DNA of 64,000 nucleotides from a bacterium (GTDB lineage: Bacteria; Bacteroidota; Ignavibacteria; SZUA-365). Numbering within the stretch: position 1 is the first letter of the stretch; each line of letters opens with the position of its first letter. Below, piece after piece: positions 58,402-64,000 of this stretch. The DNA lies in the NCBI GenBank assembly GCA_020444325.1, contig JAHLLD010000003.1, positions 21,572 through 85,571 on the forward strand, written 5' to 3'. The position numbers and the translations under genes were made by a program. The notes below the pieces were generated by a model. It was not told the origin of the DNA and did no database searches. It saw only the letters and a list, made by a program, of their open reading frames with translations.

Positions 58402-59418
58402 ATGAAGATAATCCGCAGTTTTCAGGGAATAATACTCATCGCAGCGCTTCTGCTGTTTGCCGGTGTCCTGCGTGCAGAGGGTGGTCATGACAAGGCCATG
58501 ACTGACAGCGACCACGGCAGTGCAGTCGATCACGGACAGCAGCACGAGTCGGAGGATGCCTCCGCGCATGGCAACGGCCACGGTGAGGGACATGGAACGG
58601 ATAATCTGACACCAAACGAAGAGATGATGCGTATTCTCGAGCACAAAGTCGAGAACACCCCTTACATTCACGAATATCCCTTTCCCACCATCGATCTCCC
58701 GCAAGGGTGGGTTATCAACATCGCCGGGTTCTCACTGGATATGTCCCCGAGTCGTCATGTGGTTTACATGTGGCTTTCGATGCTGATCACCATTCTTCTG
58801 ACCTGGCTTGCGGCGCGGCAGACGCGCACGGGCATGGTGCCCCGCGGCTACGGCAATGCCATTGAATCCGTGGTGGTGTTTGTGAGGGACGAAGTGGCCA
58901 TGCCGTTTCTCGGCAAGCATAGCGCACGATACCTGCCGCTGCTGCTTTCCTTCTTCTTCTTCATTACGGTGATGAATCTCGTCAGCCTCATGCCCTTCGG
59001 TGCGGCGTCAACGGGGAATATCAACATCACCGGCGGACTGGCGCTGATCACATTCGCGTTCATGATTTTTGGCGGGATGAAAGCCAACGGCATCATCGGG
59101 TTCTGGAAAGGACTCGTGCCGCATGGCATTCCTTTCATCATCGGCATCCTGATGTTCGTCATTGAGATACTCGGACTGGTGATCAAACCTTTCGCGCTGG
59201 CCATTCGTCTCTTTGCAAACATGCTTTCCGGCGCACTGGTCATCGGCGCATTTTACGCGCTGATTTTCGGTATGGATACCGTGTTCGTCGCTCCGATGTC
59301 CATCGCCTTTCTCCTGTTCATGTCCATCCTGAAGATATTCATCAGTTTTCTTCAGGCTTATATTTTTGCGATGCTTTCGTCATTCTTCATCGGGATGTCG
59401 GTGCATCAGGAACATTGA
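58402..59418 (+). CDS. atpB: F0F1 ATP synthase subunit a, with an N-terminal signal-like segment and a His-rich stretch
   Basis: Start MKIIRSFQGIILIAALLLFAGVLRAEG (internal to the 387-aa ORF). His-rich HGNGHGEGHG. Conserved a-subunit arginine motif IRLFANMLSG. Confidence 0.85.
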   Translation: MKIIRSFQGIILIAALLLFAGVLRAEGGHDKAMTDSDHGSAVDHGQQHESEDASAHGNGHGEGHGTDNLTPNEEMMRILEHKVENTPYIHEYPFPTIDLPQGWVINIAGFSLDMSPSRHVVYMWLSMLITILLTWLAARQTRTGMVPRGYGNAIESVVVFVRDEVAMPFLGKHSARYLPLLLSFFFFITVMNLVSLMPFGAASTGNINITGGLALITFAFMIFGGMKANGIIGFWKGLVPHGIPFIIGILMFVIEILGLVIKPFALAIRLFANMLSGALVIGAFYALIFGMDTVFVAPMSIAFLLFMSILKIFISFLQAYIFAMLSSFFIGMSVHQEH

Positions 59419-59466
59419 TAACGCAAACATTTTCTCTATAACTACTATTCAACTGGAGGATTTTCA

Positions 59467-59688
59467 ATGGAACTCGCATGGTTAGCCGCCGGACTTGGTG
59501 CAGCAATCGTCGTCGTCGGTGCCGGACTCGGCATCGGTAAACTGGCCGCCGCCGCTCTCGAAGCCATCGGTCGTCAGCCGGAAGCAGCTGGTGATCTCCG
59601 TGGAGCGATGATCATCATGGCCGCACTCATTGAAGGTATCGCACTGTTCGCCGTTGTGGTCTGTCTGCTCCTGGCGCTGAAAGCCTAA
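59467..59688 (+). CDS. atpE: F0F1 ATP synthase subunit c
   Basis: 73 aa. GAGLGIGKLAAAALEAIGRQPEAAG hairpin and the second helix with the conserved carboxylate (IEGIALF). Confidence 0.9.
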   Translation: MELAWLAAGLGAAIVVVGAGLGIGKLAAAALEAIGRQPEAAGDLRGAMIIMAALIEGIALFAVVVCLLLALKA

Positions 59689-59729
59689 CACCGTCTTTAC
59701 AACGAAGCGCAGGAACCTTGAGGTAGCGT

Positions 59730-60224
59730 ATGGATAAACTACTTGCCCTTGAACCCGGGATGCTCATCTGGACGTTCATCACGTTCGCCCTGCTTCTCTG
59801 GATTCTGAAAAAAGTTGCCTGGAAACCGATGCTGTCCGCATTGGAGAACAGGGAAAACAAGATTCGCGACGATCTGCAGAAAGCAGAACAGGCACGCGAT
59901 GATGCCGAACGTATGCTCAACGAGCACAAGGCCCTCCTCCAGAATTCTGAAGCCGAGGCCAGGTCCATCATCGATGAAGCCAAGCAGACGGCCGAGCAGA
60001 TGAAACAGGGCATCGTTGATTCCGCAAATGAGCAGGCGCGTCAAATGACTGCGCAGGCCAAAGCCGAAATCCAGCGCGAGAAAGACACCGCCCTTACCCA
60101 GCTGCGCGAGGAGGTCGCCGATCTCGCCATCCGCGCAGCCGGTAAAATCCTGGGTGAAGAACTCGACGAGAACCGCCATCGCAAGATGGTGGATGATTTC
60201 ATCGGCAATCTGCCGAAAAACTGA
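59730..60224 (+). CDS. atpF: F0F1 ATP synthase subunit b
   Basis: 164 aa. Single N-terminal TM then a long charged helix (REKDTALTQLREEVADLAIRAA). Confidence 0.85.
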   Translation: MDKLLALEPGMLIWTFITFALLLWILKKVAWKPMLSALENRENKIRDDLQKAEQARDDAERMLNEHKALLQNSEAEARSIIDEAKQTAEQMKQGIVDSANEQARQMTAQAKAEIQREKDTALTQLREEVADLAIRAAGKILGEELDENRHRKMVDDFIGNLPKN

Positions 60225-60278
60225 GATAGCCTCTCATTTCGCAGACGGCCGTAGTATAAACGCTGGAATACACCCCCT

Positions 60279-60821
60279 ATGAGTCACAGCAAAGTCTCAC
60301 ATCGCTACGCAGAAGCAATTCTCAATGCCATCCCACAAGGGATGGATATCGAGAGCGTTCTCGGCGACCTTCGCGACGTGCAGGCCTCAATCGCCGCATC
60401 GCACGAACTGCAGCTCTTTTTCGAATCCCCTGTGATTGCATCGAAAAAGAAAGCAGAAGCCGTACGCGCGCTCTTTGAAAACCACGTCAGCGGTTATGTT
60501 CTCTCCGTTCTCCTGCTGCTTGTGGAGAAGGGGAGGGAAGATATTGTGCTCCCCATTATCGAGGCCGTGCACGATCAGCGCCGGCAGCGTGAAGGGATTA
60601 TCCGCACGGAAGTGCGGTCAGCAGTTGCCCTCGGTGATGATCAGCGTGCACAACTGGTCGAAGCACTGGCAGGAGCGTCTGGAAAGCACATCGAGGCTGT
60701 GTACGAGCAGGATGAGGCCCTGATGGGCGGACTGCAGGTGCGCCTCGGTGATACCGTGTATGACGGCAGTGTGCAACATCAGCTTGAACGTCTGCGGAAG
60801 CGCTTTATCAGCGGCAGATAA
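60279..60821 (+). CDS. atpH: F0F1 ATP synthase subunit delta
   Basis: 180 aa. OSCP/delta pattern (YAEAILNAI...[21 protein letters not shown]). Confidence 0.8.
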   Translation: MSHSKVSHRYAEAILNAIPQGMDIESVLGDLRDVQASIAASHELQLFFESPVIASKKKAEAVRALFENHVSGYVLSVLLLLVEKGREDIVLPIIEAVHDQRRQREGIIRTEVRSAVALGDDQRAQLVEALAGASGKHIEAVYEQDEALMGGLQVRLGDTVYDGSVQHQLERLRKRFISGR

Positions 60822-60867
60822 TACCAACGATTCGAATACAAACAGTCAGCATAAGGCAAGAACAGAC

Positions 60868-62433
60868 ATGGCAGAAGTAAGACCCGACGAAGTATCGGCG
60901 ATACTCAGGAAACAGCTCAGCGGCTTCGACAGCGATATTGATGTCTACGAGGTTGGCACCGTCCTGCAGGTGGGTGATAATGTCGCCCGCATTTATGGAT
61001 TGAAAAATTGCCTTGCAGGCGAGCTGATCGAGTTCCCCAACGAGATTTTAGGCATGGCCCTGAATCTCGAAGAGGACAATGTCGGCTGCGTACTCTTCGG
61101 TGAAGACATCGGTGTGAAAGAGGGCGACACGGTCAAGCGTACCGGGAAGGTTGCCTCCATGCCCGTCGGAGAGGAAATGCTCGGCCGCGTGATTGATCCT
61201 CTCGGACGTCCCATCGATGGCCGGGGTATCATAACAACTGCGCAGACCATGCCCATTGAACGCAAAGCGCTCGGTGTGCTTCAGCGTCAGCCGGTGAAGG
61301 AACCGCTGCAGACCGGCCTCAAAGCTGTCGATTCCATGATTCCGATCGGACGCGGACAGCGTGAGCTGATCATTGGTGATCGTCAGACGGGAAAAACTGC
61401 CGTGGCCCTCGATGCCATCATTAATCAGAAACACACGCATACCGAGGAAGCGAAGAAGCAGGGTGTCAATCCCGTGTTCTGCATATACGTCGCGATCGGA
61501 CAGAAAGCGTCGACCGTCGCACAGGTATACGCCAAGCTCGATGAAATGGGCGCCATGCCCTACACCACGATCATCACAGCGGAAGCCAATTCGCCCGCAC
61601 CCCTCCAGTATATTGCACCGTATTCCGGTGCGACACTGGGCGAATTCTTCCGTGACAGTGGCCGCCATGCCCTGGTTGTCTATGATGATCTCTCGAAGCA
61701 GGCTGTCGCTTACCGCCAGCTTTCGCTGCTGCTGCGTCGTCCCCCCGGACGCGAAGCATATCCCGGTGATGTCTTCTACCTGCATTCGCGGTTGCTGGAA
61801 CGTGCGTCCAAGCTTTCCGATGACCTCGGCGGTGGTTCGCTGACTGCGCTGCCCATCATCGAAACACAGGCAGGCGACGTTTCCGCATACATCCCGACGA
61901 ACGTGATCTCGATTACGGACGGACAGATTTATCTCGAGTCCAATCTCTTCAACGCCGGACAGCGTCCCGCGGTCAATGTCGGTATCTCCGTGTCCCGCGT
62001 CGGCGGCAGCGCGCAGATCAAGGCCATGAAATCCATCGCCGGACCGCTGCGCCTCGATCTTGCCCAGTACCGCGAGCTCGAAGCTTTCGCGAAATTCGGG
62101 TCGGATCTTGACAAATCCACCCAGCAGCAGCTCCGCCGCGGTTCGCATATGCTCGAACTGCTCAAGCAGGGACAGTATATGCCCATGCCCATCGAGGAGC
62201 AGGTCGCCAGTATTTTCGCCGGCGTCAAGGGCTTCACGGATGAAATTCCTCTCCCCGAAATGGGACGTTTCGAAAACGAGTATCTCGAATTCATGCGCAC
62301 CCGTCATGCTGACGTACTCAGCGCCATAGCGCATGAAAAGAAAATCTCCGATGAACTCGACGCCAAACTTCGCGAGATCCTCAAGGATTTTGTCACTTCC
62401 TTCAAACTCTCACTGAAAACCGAAGAAGCGTAA
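60868..62433 (+). CDS. atpA: F0F1 ATP synthase subunit alpha
   Basis: Start [13 protein letters not shown] (internal to the 561-aa ORF). Walker A GDRQTGKT, and [15 protein letters not shown] alpha-subunit signatures. Confidence 0.95.
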   Translation: MAEVRPDEVSAILRKQLSGFDSDIDVYEVGTVLQVGDNVARIYGLKNCLAGELIEFPNEILGMALNLEEDNVGCVLFGEDIGVKEGDTVKRTGKVASMPVGEEMLGRVIDPLGRPIDGRGIITTAQTMPIERKALGVLQRQPVKEPLQTGLKAVDSMIPIGRGQRELIIGDRQTGKTAVALDAIINQKHTHTEEAKKQGVNPVFCIYVAIGQKASTVAQVYAKLDEMGAMPYTTIITAEANSPAPLQYIAPYSGATLGEFFRDSGRHALVVYDDLSKQAVAYRQLSLLLRRPPGREAYPGDVFYLHSRLLERASKLSDDLGGGSLTALPIIETQAGDVSAYIPTNVISITDGQIYLESNLFNAGQRPAVNVGISVSRVGGSAQIKAMKSIAGPLRLDLAQYRELEAFAKFGSDLDKSTQQQLRRGSHMLELLKQGQYMPMPIEEQVASIFAGVKGFTDEIPLPEMGRFENEYLEFMRTRHADVLSAIAHEKKISDELDAKLREILKDFVTSFKLSLKTEEA

Positions 62434-63336
62434 ATGGCCAATCTGCGCGAAATACGCAGCCGCATTAACGGCAACCGCAACATCAGCAAGATTACCCAGG
62501 CGATGAAAATGGTCGCCGCGGCAAAACTGCGCCGCGCCCAGGATGCCATCGTTGCCGCGCGTCCCTATGCATTCAGCATACGTGACCTGATCACGCATCT
62601 ACTGGCGCGCATGGATCGATCAACCATGCCGGTCATGATGCAGCGTGATGAAGTGGAGAATGTGCTCATCGTCGTGCTCACGGCTGATCGCGGACTCTGC
62701 GGCGCTTTTAATACCAATATCATCCGTCATGCCACCCAGAGGATTCACAAGACCTGGGGTGAGCAAAACAAAGCCGGGAATGTGAAGCTGCTTTGCATCG
62801 GTCGCCGCGGTTACGCGCATTTCAGCAAGCGCGGATATGATGTCGTTGAACATCATGTCGGACTCGTGAATTCCGCCACGCATATGGACGCATCCAATAT
62901 CATGCAGTCCATTCTCGATCGCTTCCTCGACGGGGAATTCGATCATGTCGAGGTGGTGTACAATGAATTCAAATCCGTCATCTCCCAGAAGGTGCGTGAT
63001 GAACAGCTTCTTCCGCTCCCGGAGGAGGAAGAGGAGCACAGCGGCGCTGAGCATCACTACCATCAGTTTGTCGACTACATCTATGAGCCGTCCGAAGTCG
63101 AACTCATGGAGCAGCTCATTCCGAAGCATCTCAATTTCCAGCTCTTTCGCATGCTGCTCGAGTCCAACGCTGCCGAACAGGGCGCACGCATGACGGCCAT
63201 GGATACGGCGACGACCAATGCCAAGGATCTCATTCATGATCTGCAGCTCGAGTACAACAGTGCCCGGCAGGCATCGATCACCACCGAAATCCTCGAAATC
63301 GTCAGCGGCGCAAACGCCCTCAAAGACAACGAATAG
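62434..63336 (+). CDS. atpG: F0F1 ATP synthase subunit gamma
   Basis: 300 aa. N-terminal MANLREIRSRINGNRNISKITQAMKMVAAAKLRRAQ and C-terminal ...ARQASITTEILEIVSGANAL, diagnostic of gamma. Confidence 0.9.
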   Translation: MANLREIRSRINGNRNISKITQAMKMVAAAKLRRAQDAIVAARPYAFSIRDLITHLLARMDRSTMPVMMQRDEVENVLIVVLTADRGLCGAFNTNIIRHATQRIHKTWGEQNKAGNVKLLCIGRRGYAHFSKRGYDVVEHHVGLVNSATHMDASNIMQSILDRFLDGEFDHVEVVYNEFKSVISQKVRDEQLLPLPEEEEEHSGAEHHYHQFVDYIYEPSEVELMEQLIPKHLNFQLFRMLLESNAAEQGARMTAMDTATTNAKDLIHDLQLEYNSARQASITTEILEIVSGANALKDNE

Positions 63337-63361
63337 TCCGACGATACTATCGTCTGCATAA

Positions 63362-63392
63362 ACCGCGGTTGAGCCATCTCCCGCGGTTTTTG
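63362..63392 (+). terminator. Rho-independent terminator after atpG
   Basis: ACCGCGG-loop-CCGCGGT stem followed by TTTTTGTATT. No atpD/atpC follow, so the operon ends here. Confidence 0.55.
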
Positions 63393-63454
63393 TATTATGG
63401 CAACTGCAGGTTGAAAACGTTCTACCAATGTTGATGGAAGAAAGGGAACGCGAT

Positions 63455-64000
63455 ATGTCACACAGCTATATCATGGACCGCACCGTACTGGTAACCGGAA
63501 GTACGGACGGTATCGGACTGCAGACGGCACTGGAACTGGCGCAGCGTGGAGCGAAAGTCGTGCTGCATGGAAGGACTGAAGAGCGGCTGAATGCGGCCAT
63601 GATACATCTGCGAAGGGAGGGAGCCGATGTTGCAGGCGCGGTGACCGGAGACTTTGCAAGTTTTACTTCCGTCAGGCGCATGGCCGATGAGGTGCGCAAC
63701 AGCTTTCCCGAGCTGTCGGTGCTGGTGAATAATGCCGGATTATACATGAATGAGCATGTGATGACCGAGGATGGGTATGAAATGACATGGCAGGTGAATC
63801 ATCTGTCGGTTATGCTGCTGACCGAGCAACTGTTGCTGGTGCTGAAGGAGAATACACCTGCGCGCATCGTCAACGTCGCATCCATCGCACATACCAGGGG
63901 AAGCATCGATTTCACGAATCTCAACGGAGAGAGGGAATTTGCTTCATATGCGGCCTATGCGCAGTCGAAACTTGCGAATGTGCTTTTTACCTATGAACTC
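63455..64000 (+). CDS. Short-chain dehydrogenase/reductase (SDR) family oxidoreductase, 3' partial
   Basis: MSHSYIMDRTVLVTGSTDGIGLQTALELAQRGAKVVLHGR (TGxxxGxG NAD(P)-binding loop), NNAG motif (VLVNNAGLY) and catalytic YAQSK. Runs off the end of the window. Confidence 0.75.
   Translation, partial: MSHSYIMDRTVLVTGSTDGIGLQTALELAQRGAKVVLHGRTEERLNAAMIHLRREGADVAGAVTGDFASFTSVRRMADEVRNSFPELSVLVNNAGLYMNEHVMTEDGYEMTWQVNHLSVMLLTEQLLLVLKENTPARIVNVASIAHTRGSIDFTNLNGEREFASYAAYAQSKLANVLFTYEL

Noticed and set aside
61048-62334. 428-aa ORF antisense to atpA
   Set aside because: atpA is unmistakable (Walker A GDRQTGKT and other alpha-subunit signatures).
1-64000. Search for CRISPR arrays, tRNA/rRNA genes, transposases, integrases or phage genes
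   Set aside because: Not found. Intergenic regions are short (423 bp or less). Repeats are either coding (acidic linker) or short promoter-region direct/inverted repeats; nothing shows regular repeat-spacer architecture. No cloverleaf-like candidates were seen by eye, though a tRNA scan was not actually run.

Overview
This 64 kb window reads as a densely coded, high-GC bacterial chromosome segment. Gene content and order suggest a Bacteroidota/Rhodothermota/Chlorobi-type (FCB group) organism; that is inferred from the atpIBEFHAG operon lacking atpDC, the signal-peptide TldD/PmbA pair, the ECF sigma/anti-sigma pair and many secreted beta-barrel proteins. No rRNA, tRNA, CRISPR array, transposase or integrase was seen.

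Gene content, in order:
- A Pho-type module: PhoB-like regulator (5' partial), PhoR-like kinase, PhoU, a PiT phosphate transporter, and a convergent porin-like outer-membrane protein.
- An EamA permease.
- A secreted protein made of two GH2-N-type sugar-binding domains with no catalytic domain.
- A second OmpR-type two-component pair.
- An acyl-CoA dehydrogenase with an orphan HicB-like mini-ORF at its 3' end.
- A PKD + PQQ-propeller lipoprotein.
- A secreted TldD/PmbA metalloprotease pair.
- An ECF sigma/anti-sigma pair with an AAC-N16-CGTC-type promoter, followed by TatD and TcdA.
- A tightly packed minus-strand signalling operon: CheY-like receiver; receiver + class III nucleotidyl cyclase; outer-membrane protein; mini PstS-like domain; paralogous outer-membrane protein; HAMP histidine kinase; MATE exporter.
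- A tripartite RND efflux pump (adaptor, RND pump, TolC-like channel).
- DoxX and SRPBCC proteins.
- An outer-membrane protein, a DUF547 protein and a CX5R tyrosine phosphatase, translationally coupled to an AddB/AddA-like nuclease-helicase pair.
- A TPR protein, a TonB-box beta-barrel, two HU-like proteins (one with an acidic E-x-E repeat and a C-terminal transmembrane helix), and ExbB-ExbD-TonB, all on the minus strand.
- A divergent RavA/ViaA-like AAA+ ATPase + vWA pair, with tandem and inverted DNA repeats in its regulatory regions.
- An F-type ATP synthase operon (atpZ/atpI-like, atpB, atpE, atpF, atpH, atpA, atpG).
- A 3' partial short-chain dehydrogenase gene.

The most unusual candidate systems are the receiver-cyclase/outer-membrane-pair/mini-PstS operon, and the HU-like/TonB/TPR operon facing the RavA/ViaA-like pair across a repeat-rich divergent promoter. 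All calls rest on motif recognition by eye; no database searches were run.
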